A stretch of DNA of 63,283 nucleotides, filler included, from Octopus bimaculoides (Eukaryota), in NCBI RefSeq assembly GCF_001194135.2. It is 6 parts of 6 records of this genome, joined end to end, with 100 filler letters (N's around TTAATTAATTAA, not from the genome) between each part and the next. Parts side by side here need not be neighbours in the genome. Positions count along the whole stretch, not along the records: positions 30,199 to 45,296 come from NC_068988.1; positions 45,397 to 51,366 come from NC_068995.1; 4 more parts are not named here. One strand, 5' to 3'. Below, piece after piece: positions 36,100-49,561 of the stretch. The notes beneath the pieces are model-generated. The model was not told the DNA's origin. It searched no databases and saw nothing but the letters and a program-made list of their open reading frames with translations. Numbering within the stretch: the first letter of the stretch is position 1; every line of letters begins with the position of its first letter. A program made the translations under genes and the position numbers.

Positions 36100-38090
36100 A
36101 ACCGTTTTTGTTTCCTTGGTAACTATTCTAACCGTTACTCAAGAGAAAACTACTTTTACGTTGTTAGTATACAGGGAAAAGAGTGTAGAAGATATCGCTG
36201 ACCACCGGGGAACATCAGAGTTTTCTGAGTGAGTGTTAGAGAGATAACCGTCTTCACATACTGTGATGGTAAGATCTGGCAGAAAGACTTCGATCCAAGA
36301 GACTGGGGACCGCTAGAACCAATAGAAGGATGGCTTGACTAAAAGATTTTCCTGCAAAATATCGTCAAATACTTTCGTAACGTGCAGTGCAACAAAATTC
36401 TTTCTGTCAAATTTTTCGAGAGTAAGGGTCCGTTGGTGAGTGACAGGGAAGCGGTTACCCGTCAGATCTGGTTTTATGAAACTCGATAGTTGACAGAGTC
36501 AGAGAGGTTAATTTTCCTAGGAATGGGAGATACCGTACCATATTTCAAAATGAGAAAGAAGGGGAGAGAAAGAAGAGAAGAGTAAGGAGAGAGTGAGGAG
36601 TGAGAGAAAGGGGAAAAGGAGGGAGAGAAAGAAGTACTACTGAGTGTAGGACTAACGTATTGTTGGAGAAAATATTTGATTCCAAAGGCAATCAATATTT
36701 GAAAAATTGTCATTTACGATGTCTAAGGAATTCAATATAGAACATTAAGAAACAATAATAATATATTTTTCTACTTTCTGTCTTTATGACTTAATGTTTC
36801 GTTTTATTCCCCTGGCACACTGTTACCATCACTATGCTATTCTTGTCTTTTGTTAGCACAACTTTTTACCATTACTCTGCTGCTACTTTTTCTATTTTAG
36901 TAAACACAGCATTCACCTAGTGTGTTTCTGTTGGGCTTCTTGACTCTACTCCGTGTAGCACAGCAGCCAAGATTTTACCAGCAGACGTTCAACAAGGATA
37001 GAGTGAGGCTCTAAATCATATTGACTGGAGGTTTCCGTATGTGTATATTTAGCAGTGAACATAGTAGAATAGAAAGACATTGTTTTTGAAGAAATTTATC
37101 TTGCGTGTATTGAGTGGAGTTGATTGCATTGTGCGCAATAGATATTGTGGCTTTCGCCATAAGAAAATTGATCATGGAGTCTTGGTGATAGAGGTTAGGT
37201 GCGTGATTGCTGTGTGGAAGTAGAACACCTCTATTTGGTTGGTTCCTAAGGGACTGTGTTACAATATAAATGGACATGCGCAGAGAGTCGGTGAGCTGTG
37301 TAAAGCTGAGAGTTGTGTATTGTCAAGTGTAATTACAAGTATTGTGTCTCTTGAGTAGAACGATTTACGAGGACGTTATTTATTATCCCGTGATATCGTT
37401 CGTCGAACGTGCGATACAACAATTGGTGATAGAAAAATCGGTCGATGGCAAGAGACCAGAAGTTGGCAGCATTTGAGGAGATGGTGGTAGAATTTGAGTA
37501 TTGTGCGATGCATGAAGACGCTATCTGTGTTAAAGATTATCTTGCAGGAGTTGCAGTGGTGAGTAAGAGTAGTCCAGCTTGTAGATTAAGAACGGCAAAA
37601 AATAATCAACATAGAACTGAATAGAGACCGACCAGTCAGTTGAATCGGAGTAACAGATTACTGCGGTAGGGTGTAATTGAAAACATGAGGTGAATAGCTA
37701 AATTAGGCAGTTGTTGAGGCAGGTGCAGAGATGGTGGTGGCTTATCAAAAAAATGGGGTTTAGAGCAGAGAAAGACATGAAAAATTATCTGGAGATCATG
37801 TGTTTGGGCAGAAGCATATTATATGAAAGAGCAGTCATTCGTTGAGAGTTGAGACTAGCAAAAGATTTTGCTTCTGCGCTTTTAAAACCATTATGCTTTG
37901 AATGAGAGAACTAAGAAAAGTTGTGAAAACGATGATTTTAGAGAGGGTTACGGTTATTGGGAATGAGAGACAGTCAAATTGATTTTGATAGTTAGAGGAG
38001 ACAGTAAAGAAAGAAAACGAAAGCAGGCTGTGTTAGAGCAACTGGAAGTCAATTTTGCTGATATCAAAACGTTGACATCCTACAACCTGT
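36100..38090 (-). mobile_element. Highly degraded CR1/Jockey-group LINE ORF2 (APE + RT)
   Basis: Minus strand: GTVSPIPRKINLSDSVNYR, VALHVTKVFDDILQENLLVK, SWIEVFLPDLTITVCEDG...NSDVPRWSAISSTLF (RT-like); weaker APE-like PTAVICYSDS and KLDYSYSP. Confidence 0.65.
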
Positions 38091-38139
38091 TGTGATGTAA
38101 CACTGCTTATAAAATTGTAATATATATATATATATATAT

Positions 38140-38555
38140 ATATATAGGTACATGGGTGGCTGTGTGGTTGAGAAGCTTGCTTCCTAACCATGTGGTCTTG
38201 GGTAACTGTTTCCTACTATAACACCAGACCGATGAAAGTCTTGCGAGTGGACTTGATAGACGTAAAAATAAAGAAGCCTGTTGAATATATCTGTGTATGT
38301 ATGTGTGGTGTATGTGTGTGTGCATCTATATGTGTAACCTTCCCTTGACATCACATGATGATTGTAAACGTCACAGAAGCGATGTTGTTCATTTCCAGTC
38401 TTCTGTTGAAAACATGTTTGGCTATGGAAAATATTTCCTTACTTGTAAACAGCTGAGGATTGACGACAGAAAGTGCATCTAGCCGTAGAAGATATGCTTC
38501 AACATATTCCGTTCGACCCATAGAAGCATGGAAAAGTGGACGTTAAGTGGTGGTG
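38140..38555 (+). mobile_element. SINE with a family-B head but a family-C 3' half
   Basis: gtggctgtgtggttgagaagcttgcttcctaacc head, (TG)n spacer, then a body ending gcatggaaaagtggacgttaa. Confidence 0.65.
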
Positions 38556-39554
38556 GCAACACTTCATGGGAATGACGAGGTGCAATGAGCAGCCTCTATT
38601 AAAGACATCAGTATTATAAGAGATAAGGACTTGCTTAACCTGGGAATTGAAATTGGTTTGAAGTATCAGGTAATCGAGACAATAGGGAGAATGTTTTGTA
38701 TTATAGACATGATGCATTAATTGTATCTCGAAGAGGAAATAAGGAACTGCTACATCTATACATTTTCTCTTACTTACAAATATAAGGTGAAAAGAGATCT
38801 AATTACGATTAAAAACGGTTTTTATTTGTTTCACAGAAAAGCTTACTTTTACTCTTTAGCGCTTGCCACAATGAGGTTTGTAACAGCATTTTTTTTTTCA
38901 TTATATCCTATAGAAAACTTTCCTACCTTTAAGGAGCAGATATCATCATCGATATCATCGTCAATCTCATCAACAACCAACACGGCAATAAATAAATAGG
39001 GGAAAATTTTATCAGAAAATTTTTCCCCATCATGATTAAATTTAATCTCTACTTTGATAATGTTGTTGTATGGAAAAAGGAAAATAAATAACATCCCTAA
39101 CAGTAAAACTGTTCGACTATTCTCATTGAAGCTGCGATGCTTTCAATCAAAAACCAGATCTTTGTGCTTTAGAACTGAACCAAAAACAAAATTGTACAAT
39201 AAGTTTTAGGTCACACCCTTTCCTCGCTGGCTCTCATTGAATGAAGATACATCAAAGTCAAAGAAATCTTTTAAATGTTTTTTTCTTATTTTATTTAGTT
39301 TTTGTTTGTGTTTTGTTTTGTATCCATTTGATGGATGGGTGATAAATAATTTAGTTTCAATGGATTGAATCTTGAAAGAGAGTAGAAAATGGTTAGCTAG
39401 ATGGATGGATGAATGGATGGATGGATGGAAGGAAGTTTGGTGACATAGGAATATGCTAATGTTGTATTACGCAAGATTTAAATTGGTTATTACAAACACG
39501 AATGCATACTTTAAAGCTAAGAAGGAATACAGCAAACATAAAAGTAATAGTGAC

Positions 39555-40255
39555 TTCAAATTTTGGCACAAGGCCAGCAATTTTGAGACAAGGGGTTAGT
39601 CGAATACATCGACCCCAATGCTTAAATGATACATAAAGATAAAAGGTAAAATATATCTCGGCGGTGTGTGGACTATTAACGTAAAGTCAGAAGAAAAGCC
39701 GCTAAGAATCTTATCCAGTTCGATAACGTTCTGCCAGCTCACCGCCTAAAAGATAATGGTTTCAAATTTTGGCACAAGAACATCAATTTTGGGGAGGGGT
39801 TAAGTTGATTACCTCGTCCCCAGTATTCAATTGATACTTATTTTAAACCTAGTAGTAATAATAATATATAAGGACTACAATAGCGGTGATTTCTATGAGA
39901 CACAAAACCAGATATTTTAGAGGAGATAACAGCCGAAGGGAATGATTATCAGTACATGTCTGGGTAACTGGCATTTTATTTTATTATTCCCAGAATTTCG
40001 AAAAGTATAATTAAATCCAGCAGGATTTAAATACGTACAATAAAATATTGGTTTCACATTTTTGACACAAGGCCAGCAATTTCGGGGAAAGGAGCAAGTC
40101 GTTTACATTGACCCCCAGTACTCGATTTTATCAACCCTGAAAGGATGAAACGCGAAGTCGACTTCGGCGTAATTTGAACTCAGAACGTCAAGATGGACAA
40201 AATAGAGATAAATATTTTGCCTGGCGTGTTAACGGCTCTGCCAGCTTGCCAACAT
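39555..40255 (-). mobile_element. Tandem cluster of SINE family A copies and fragments
   Basis: Repeated ttcaaattttggcacaag ends; heads ctgccagctcaccgcc (about 39746) and ctgccagcttgcc (about 40250). Confidence 0.75.
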
Positions 40256-40575
40256 ACAAGCAATAAAATATTGCTATTTGATATTTACAAAGCTTTTGGT
40301 CTGATGGTCTACTGATTCTGAGAATCCAGATTTTTAATTCGGGTGCGAGGCCACATATTTATTTTCCTTTTTCTATAAAGCAACGTAATCAAAATTGAGA
40401 TTAAATCTGATCATGGCGGAGAAAAAATTCCCATAAACATTACCCTTATTTTTTCTTGAGGTGGTTGCAGTTGTTGATGTTGTTCTTGCGGCTGCTATTA
40501 CTGCTGCTGCTGCTGCTACTACTGGTAATGATAAAAGCTGATCCTGAAAACGTAGAAAGTTTTGGTAACGAATTG

Positions 40576-41088
40576 TTAGCGCGAAGCAGGGTTTAGGTAT
40601 GGGCAGAATTTAGGCTAGTTGAAATATGTTCGTCATATATTTCAACAGCTAAAAGGTAAATACACTGCAGTTACCGAGGAGTACAAAATCTCTCTTATGG
40701 TAAAAAGATGTGAAAACACCCAGTTCGTTCTGTGTCACTTAAATTTTGCCCATACCTAAACACTGCTTCGCGCTAATGCTTCACTGTTTATCTCGATCGG
40801 GTGATCTACCAGTGCAAATCAGTCAAAGTGTTAACTGAATTATATGTAAAGCTACAGCTTTATTAAGTTCGTTCAGAGTTGCCTCTCTTAGGTACATCTC
40901 ATTGACAAGAGTAAAACATTTGAAACAACGATGTCTGGGATTCCTAATCAATGTCGACGCTGAACGAACCCGGTGTTTTCACACATTTTTACAAAAAGAG
41001 AGATTTTTTTCTACACGGTAACTGCAGTGTATTTGTCTTTTAGAGTTTGAAATATGTGACAAACATATTTTAACTAGCCCAACTTCTG

Positions 41089-41094
<6 letters not shown>
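40576..41094. mobile_element. Foldback/MITE-like element with interleaved inverted repeats
   Basis: A (40576-40612) pairs with A' (40740-40776); B (40613-40730) pairs with B' (40962-41080). Confidence 0.7.
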
Positions 41095-41160
<66 letters not shown>

Positions 41161-41189
41161 TGTATGTATTATGTATGTATGTATGTGTG

Positions 41190-41395
41190 TGTGTCTTTCT
41201 GTCTGTGTTTGTCCCCACCACACCGCTTGATAATCGGTGTTGGTGCGTATGTGTCTTCGTAACTAAGCGTTTCGGCCAAAGAGGCTGATAGAATAAAACC
41301 CAGGCTTTTTAAAAATTAGTCTTGGGGCCGATTTGTTCGTCTAAATCCTTTCATGGCCGCAGTCAAATGACATAAACAAGTAAAACATAAAAGAT
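41190..41395 (+). mobile_element. SINE family B, 3' half
   Basis: gtttgtccccacc...ttcggccaaagag...catggccgcagtcaaatgac...aaacaagtaaaa. Confidence 0.75.
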
Positions 41396-41849
41396 ACACA
41401 CACACACATACACATGCACACACACACACACACACACACATACATGTATACGTACACATACACACACACACACATACATGTATACGTACACGTACACACA
41501 CACACACACACTCACCTCAAAGAGTAGAGGAAAGCATTTTGAACGGTTACCTTCCTGTATAATCAACAATATTACCTGTCTCCCCTCTGCTATCAATCGC
41601 TGCAACTGGAAAGGAAATAGTTTGAATGACGAAGCTTGGCGTGTTTTATTGATTATGTCAGTTAGAGGAGCATTCTTTTCATGATAAGAAAATTCCTACA
41701 TCTTGCTATTTCAGCTTTTCAAGGGAGACTATATGAAACGAGGAAATACATCGTCTTTATCTAATATTGACTATCATACTTAAGAAAATCATCATCATCC
41801 TCATCCTCCTCTTTCTCCTCCTCCTCATCATTCTCACGACCACCACCAG

Positions 41850-42163
41850 TTGCACACTGGGGATCGATGTAATTGACTTATCCTATCCCCCAAAATTGCT
41901 GCCCCTGAGGCAAAATTTGAAACTACTATTATTATTACTATTATTATTATTATTACTTTTATTATTAGAAAGGTGGCACGCGGGTGGAATGCTTAACAGT
42001 ATTTCGTCTTTCGCTCCGTTCTGAGTTCAAATTCCACCGAGGTCAGCTTTGCCTTTCATCCTTTCGGTGTCGATAAATTAAGTACCAGTCAAGTACTAGG
42101 GACGATGTGATCGATTGTCCCCTTCCCCACAGAAATCTGGGCCTTGTGCCTATAGTAGAAAAG

Positions 42164-42208
<45 letters not shown>

Positions 42209-42419
42209 AAGAAGCGAATTGACTGACTCGTTAGTATGACGGAAGAAATATTTAACGATATTTTTCCGGGCCTTTACGGTCTGAGTCCGAATGATACCAA
42301 AGTTGGCTTTCACTTTCAGTCCTACGGCACCGATAACTTAAACACTAGTCAATGATTGGGGTCGTTGTAATCGACTTCCTCTTGCCTGAAAATTGCTGGC
42401 TTTGTGCCAAAATTAGAAA
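41850..42419 (+). mobile_element. Three tandem SINE family A copies separated by (ATT)n
   Basis: Partial copy at 41850, near-full copy at 41968-42165 (ctgagttcaaattccaccgaggtc), diverged copy at 42206-42419. Confidence 0.8.
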
Positions 42420-42427
42420 GAATTATT

Positions 42428-42919
42428 GGCAGAATTCCGCTTTGTGCACGACATACAACCTTTCATAACTCCTTTTTATTCTTTAGAATTTTCAGAAAAT
42501 TCATACGGCTATGCAAAAAAATTTTCGTTTTAATTTCCGAAATTTTTTGAAAATTAAAAAAAGACATTTTCGAGCTTTTTCTTTTTAAACCACAGTCGGA
42601 CAGTTCGAATTTTTGGCTAAATCCCAGCAATAGCTGATTAAATGTTTTTTTTTTATGGGGAGAAAGATTGAATATAACATCAATACACCAAAGTGACAAA
42701 CAAACGAGGACGGTAATATCTGATCGTCAGCTGGGCTAAAAATAACAGTTAAATGCCCCTTAAATCACACAATTTATTTATTTATTTTTTTTTCATGTTG
42801 CATAGCCATATGGTTTCTCGTATGGAGAACACAAATTCGCCAAAAATTTTTTCTGAAAATAAAAAAAAAAGAAAACAGTTATGTGGGGATATATGCCGTG
42901 GGTAAAGCAGAATTCCGCC
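42428..42919. mobile_element. MITE with GG termini and an 8-bp TSD (Merlin-like)
   Basis: TIR GGCAGAATTCCGCTTT vs GGCGGAATTCTGCTTT (imperfect pairing to about 33 bp); GAATTATT at both 42420-42427 and 42920-42927. Confidence 0.7.
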
Positions 42920-43962
42920 GAATTATTATTTATCTTCCGGGTTGTTACTTTCTGAGTTCAAATTTTACTCTGATGGACTTTGTCTTTCAATTATTTTAGG
43001 TTTGATAAGATGATGTTTGAGGCTATACAAATATCAATGTAATCGACGAACCATTCTATTCAATATTGTTGGCTATGGGCTTAATTTTGAAACATCTATT
43101 TTCGTTTTGGTCTAACGCTTGTTTTATTTGTTCACCCATATACTGTAATAACTTAGCTTGCATTTTATTGTATGAATTAATACGCAGTTAGATGTAAATT
43201 ATATAGAAAGAAGAACATAAGGCTAACTGTTCATAGAAGGATTCTGTGCGAGATGATGTTCAATGGTTGTGATTCACAACGACATATGTAAAGACAGCGT
43301 TACCAATAAGCTTTATTCAAACAGAACGAGACTGTTAATTGGTATTAATGGGTAGTAAAAGGGACATTATTGCGATCTGCCTGTCTCTCATTATATGGTT
43401 GGAAAGCTCACAATCACATTTAAAACATATACACAAGGACATTGCTTATTATAGTTAGAATTTCTCATTTTTTTAACACACGCACACATACATACACACG
43501 CACAGATGCCTATGTTCACAGAATCATTCATTATTATGCACTGTATACATACGACATAGAAGTGTCTGTGTGAGTGTGGTTGTGTGAATGTATATTTATA
43601 TGTATGCATTTGTGTACGTGTTCGCGCGTGTGCATGTATGCAACGCGCGCGCGTGTATTAGTGTCTGTCTGCGCGGGCTCATAAACATGTGTAATTGTAA
43701 ACATAAACTATGAATATTCTTACATGAATTTTGCATGTGAGCTTTTCGGTTGCGTTTATGTGAGACAGCGCACCTTTGCCATTACCATCAACGTATAGAA
43801 TTGTTCTTGCATAAAACATGAATGGGCCAACATCGTTATGAACCTCGTTTGTCATCGTGAAACTCCGTGTCTGACTACATGCACTTGGCCTCTACGTAAC
43901 CCCCTCCCTTTATTTCTCTCTCTTTTTCTCACAGAGTCAAATACATATATATTGTTTCTACT

Positions 43963-44173
43963 CTAGGCACAAGGCCCGAAATTTTTGGGGAGGAGACCAG
44001 TCGATTATATCGACTACAGTACGCATCTGGTGCTTAATTACTTAATTTATCGACCCCGAAAGGGTGAAAGGCAAAGTCGACCTTAGCGGAATTTGAACTA
44101 AGAAGGGAAAAAACATACGAAATACCGCTAAGCATTTCGCCCGGCCTGCTAACATTACAGCCAGCTCACCGCC
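43963..44173 (-). mobile_element. Near-full SINE family A copy
   Basis: Minus strand GGCGGTGAGCTGGC...AAATGCTTAGCGGTATTTCG...AGTTCAAATTCCGC...GGCCTTGTGCC. Confidence 0.85.
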
Positions 44174-44574
44174 TTCAAATGCATATATATTGCATGCGAC
44201 ACAGTAATCGAAAACAAGTACGGCTAATTGGAAGTAAAATGCATGCTCGAAAGGCAAATTATTCGAACGTCATATTTGCAGAAAAAGCATATTCAAAGAA
44301 ATATTCATTGTAATTACTGTCGACTTCAAACGATAAAAGAAAATAAACTTTTAAATCAAAGATAATTTCACTTTCTTTTCAGGTTGCCTGACTTTTATAA
44401 GACGATAAATGTATATCCAAGACTGAAGTTCAAAATATTTCTATTTTCATAGTCCAACACAGCTCAGCGAATTCTGTTTTCAACGAATATTCCCAGACCG
44501 TACATGTATATTCAACAATCAGCAAAAGTACTTTGTTTCAACGAAGTTCATGTGTGTGGATTTTTCACACAGAC

Positions 44575-44577
44575 ACA

Positions 44578-44670
<93 letters not shown>

Positions 44671-44715
44671 GCACGCACGCACGCACGCACGCACGTACGC
44701 ACGCACGCACACACG
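44575..44715. repeat. (CA)n/(CACG)n microsatellite
   Basis: Directly visible. Confidence 0.95.
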
Positions 44716-45652
44716 CGTTAATACACGTAAATGGCGAGGCGCTTTACTTTCAGATTTTGAAAACACAGCGATGTTCTAGTTTTAATTTTTCATTATTTTC
44801 ATATTGTCGTATCAGTTTCTTGCAGATCTTTGGGAACAATAACGTATCAAGACAATAATAGCTTCATCTTCAGATGACGTGGAGTATAGTGTAATTGCCT
44901 CTTTTGTAGACAGCGAATGTTATTTGCGTAAACTTTACAGCCGGAATTTCTTTTTAGATTTATACATCATCAGTTACGCGTTTGCTTTGTTAGTTACGTG
45001 TATATGTTATCTAAGAGTTTGTTACAGCGTTTTACGAAAGTTCTACGTAATATGAATGTGTTGTCTACAAAAGTTTTCCTATTTAGCATTGTTTTGTGTT
45101 GTGGGGCATAGTGTATCGGTCTGTGTTAGAAGTGCAGACATTTTTCTAAATCACTTTGGTTATAAGTAGACTGCTCTTACATTTACAAGTTTGTAGTTTG
45201 TTACTGACTAAGGTGGGAGTACGATTTTTATAATTTTGATACACACAACACACACACACACACACACAAATACACGCACTCACGAACACCCACACANNNN
45301 NNNNNNNNNNNNNNNNNNNNNNNNNNNNNNNNNNNNNNNNTTAATTAATTAANNNNNNNNNNNNNNNNNNNNNNNNNNNNNNNNNNNNNNNNNNNNGTTA
45401 GAGGCAAATCGACCACGTGTGAAGGCCTAGCCATATTTCTTTTACGAAATATGGCAAATAAGCCGGAGAAAAATCAAAAACTTTTGGAAATAAACTCCAG
45501 AAGGAGCCACTTCCTATTACAAAAACCCAATAGGGTCGAAGTGTATAGACTTATACACCTCTTCCACAAAAAATATTTTAAAACTGCAAAAGTTTTGACA
45601 TATAAAAGGCCAACTTACTTGCGAGCCGATGTGACTAGCATCCGTCCAGATC

Positions 45653-45653
<1 letters not shown>

Positions 45654-45732
<79 letters not shown>
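45654..45732. repeat. (GATA)n microsatellite
   Basis: Directly visible. Confidence 0.95.
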
Positions 45733-45734
<2 letters not shown>

Positions 45735-47157
45735 ATGCTAAATACAAGAGAGAACCCATCACGAGTAAACATATATACAAACATTCACATGACAATGCAG
45801 AATGGCATGGAAATACAATGGCCGGCATATAACAAACACATTCGTAAGCAGAAATAAAATCAGCTGAACATACCTTAGCCTCTTTCTGACTAGGCAGTTA
45901 ATGAAAATAGAAATTGGATACTGTTGTGTTCATAATATTCTGACGGCTTTCAGTGGCCTATTTGAAGTGAATGGATTTTATTGACTATTGAAACTGCATA
46001 GACATCACTTGGAAAGTGGTTAATGGCACAATAGGTAAGACTAGCGGACGAAATACTTCGTGATATTTAGTTACATGCTTTTTATTAATGGCTCAATGAG
46101 AGAAGAATGGGTAGGTAGTGCTCAAGGCCCTTTTCATAGTCATTTGGACAGACAGGAAGAAGTATGTAATGTTATCGAGTTATCGAAAGACATGAAATCT
46201 TGTCTGAATGCTCGAAATAGAGTGAACATCTCTAGAGGCATCGAATTGAAGGTAGGTGGTTTTAGTCGGGGTGAGTGACTGTTTTCTCTCCAACATTCGG
46301 GGTTCAAATTCTGCTTCACTAGATGTTCATAGTTCTAGTTTAGACTATACGTCCATTGTTCTAGGCTCCATAAATTGGTTGATTACGAGTCAAGTCCCGT
46401 TGTAATTATAATCAAATCAAATACAGTCCATGTCCGCCAACGCATGGAAATCTCAGTGGCTTTACCATTATGTTAGAAATAGGCATAAAACCATTGCTGT
46501 TAGTGGGGCCAAAATATCGAATTTGCATGTATCACAAGCCTTCGTATATGTATGGAAGTGTTAAACAGAACAAGGGGACATACATGTAATGGAGATTCGT
46601 TGAAGAGGTCACAGGATTTGTGACGAAAGATTTATGACAGAGGACACTAAAATAATAATAATAATAAAGCTGAGTGAAGACCAAGGATATAGTGCGTGTG
46701 CTTAATTCACAAAAATATGACCATACCCAAATATAACTATATCTAAAAGTTTTAAAAATCACGTGAAGCATCTGCTTGTAGTCGCAAACCCATGGATTCG
46801 TATAGAAGGGCTATAACCGGAAGTAATTGCCTCATTACAGGAAGTATTTCTGCAGTTGTATATGCTAAGACTAGCAACCAAATATTACTTGAATCCCATT
46901 CATTTGTCATAAACAGAGAGACGGGGGATACACTTGTGTCCTTTAAACTCATCCCAATTAATTTCATTACTCTTAAGTATAATATACAGAGAAATGTATA
47001 CAAACTCAGGAAAGGGAAAATCTGTACAGATATTTAATTAGTACAAGTACCACTTCCTCTTTCGATATTTTATCAAATTGTGATAACACTGAATAAATTT
47101 TACAGGTTTTATCTTTTCCTGAAGTGTGTATACATTTTTTGGCGGACACTATATATA

Positions 47158-47371
47158 CTCTTTACTCTTTTACTCTTTTACTTGTTTCAGTCATTTGACT
47201 GCGGTCATGCTGGAGCACCATGTTTAGTCGAGCAAATCGACCCCATGACTTATTCTTTGTAAGCCTAGTACTTATTATATCGGTTTCTTTTGCCGAACCG
47301 CTAAGTTACGGAGACGTAAACACACCACCATCGGTTGTCAAGCGATGTTGGGGGTACAAACACAGACACAT

Positions 47372-47422
<51 letters not shown>

Positions 47423-47603
47423 CATATACATACATATATACGACAGGCTTCTTTCAGTTTCTGTCTACCAAATCCACTCACAAGTCTTTGGCCGGCCCGA
47501 GGCTATACTAGAAGACACTTGCCCAAGATGCCACGCAGTGGAACTGAACCCGGAACCATGTGGTTGGTAAGCAAGCTACTTACCACACAGCCACTCCTGC
47601 GCC
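47158..47603 (-). mobile_element. Full-length SINE family B (tRNA head, CORE-like segment, internal (TG)n, (AAAGAG)n-like tail)
   Basis: Minus strand GGCGCAGGAGTGGCTGTGTGGTAAG...GGGTTCAGTTCCACTGCGTGGCATCTTGGGCAAGTGTC...CAGTCAAATGACTGAAACAAGTAAAAGAG. Confidence 0.9.
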
Positions 47604-49509
47604 TATGATAATAATATCTGTACAAAAAATAGAAAAAATCGCATGATTATAAAATCTGGAATTATTCTGATCCTTTGCTTAATCGAGACTGACAAGGGAT
47701 TAAATACTACCAAGAGCAGAAACTTGAATGATGAAAGTCAATGTTAACTTCGAAAGGATTCGAACATTGAAGAAAGGCAATAGTAACTAAGTTTCGCAAG
47801 GTGTTGTACCCGACGTTATAACGATTCTACCAATACACGCCCTCAAGAATAACACGATTTTAACAGCACAAACTCAACCAAACAAAGAACTCCCTTGTTA
47901 TATTAAAGCCAGACTTACAGTTCGCACATGGCGAATCTAAGAAAGATGTCGTAAAACAAGTCAGATCCAAGCGTAAGATTTAAGCCAGCTGTTGTTTATA
48001 TATCAAAACTAACATCCGAGTGTCCCTTTCAGCCTTTCATGTTCCTATATTCTCGGTGACAGTTGCGAGCCTGTGCATGTGGATGTTATTTATAAATGTA
48101 TATTAAGTGTTCGTCCGTTTTCTGTTTTATTCCGTATGTACACTATAAATATTTAATAGTAAATTTTCTGAATCGAGTTCGGTTTGGTGCATGCCGAGAA
48201 TATTGGATTGTGTTGAAGCTATTAAGTCGTTTCTATTTGCCAACGACAATTTCCCAATGAAACATTAGCAGTATCAATGGCGAGCAAAGTGAAATTAAAT
48301 AGTGATTGTAAAATTAGCCGTGGTGACGGTCGTAATTGCAGTGTTAATGGACATACCAGAGACGGGAGTAACACATAATGGGAGTAGATGATGTGACTGA
48401 GGTTGTGCTGGGGACAAAATATGAGCGTACATGTGAATGTATGTATGTATGCATGTATGCATGCATGCATATATGTATGCATGTGTATATGCATGAATAT
48501 ATTTCCGTAGAGCAGATTAAGAAAGCATCCATTAAATTCATATATATAATGTAGAATTAGGCTCAAAGAAACATAAAAAAGTGGAACATAGAAGAAAAAA
48601 ATCAAATACTCACACACACATTCTCACTCACACATACATATGAAAACGATGGCGTATGTATAGATGCATATATATATATNNNNNNNNNNNNNNNNNNNNN
48701 NNNNNNNNNNNNNNNNNNNNNNNNNNNNNNNNNNNNNNNNNNNNNNNNNNNNNNNNNNNNNNNNNNNNNNNNNNNNNNNNNNNNNNNNNNNNNNNNNNNN
48801 NNNNNNNNNNNNNNNNNNNNNNNNNNNNNNNNNNNNNNNNNNNNNNNNNNNNNNNNNNNNNNNNNNNNNNNNNNNNNNNNNNNNNNNNNNNNNNNNNNNN
48901 NNNNNNNNNNNNNNNNNNNNNNNNNNNNNNNNNNNNNNNNNNNNNNNNNNNNNNNNNNNNNNNNNNNNNNNNNNNNNNNNNNNNNNNNNNNNNNNNNNNN
49001 NNNNNNNNNNNNNNNNNNNNNNNNNNNNNNNNNNNNNNNNNNNNNNNNNNNNNNNNNNNNNNNNNNNNNNNNNNNNNNNNNNNNNNNNNNNNNNNNNNNN
49101 NNNNNNNNNNNNNNNNNNNNNNNNNNNNNNNNNNNNNNNNNNNNNNNNNNNNNNNNNNNNNNNNNNNNNNNNNNNNNNNNNNNNNNNNNNNNNNNNNNNN
49201 NNNNNNNNNNNNNNNNNNNNNNNNNNNNNNNNNNNNNNNNNNNNNNNNNNNNNNNNNNNNNNAGACAACTCATCACAACTTTCGGTCTTAGCAGGCCTCT
49301 TCACCGAAGCGTAGTTCAAACTTCTCTCTTAAAGTATTGATCAGAGAATAACTAAATAGGAGTAAGTGAATATGCATGAGTAGATATCATATTTCGAGGT
49401 TAATGATTTTCTTTCTTCAGTTCCAAATCTCCATATTCTCACTCACCGTTTACGCCCTACAATAGCTTTCCTATCTCGCATTATTTCTTTCATTCTCTCT
49501 CTCTTTCAA

Positions 49510-49561
<52 letters not shown>

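Noticed and set aside
44901-45073. 14-bp inverted repeat CTTTTGTAGACA.C about 170 bp apart
   Set aside because: No TSD and no second copy seen; too weak to call a MITE.
49271-49310. Minus-strand GTGAAGA-GGCCT...AGACC-GAAA
   Set aside because: C3 is lost, stem II is mismatched and there is no clear stem I or III.
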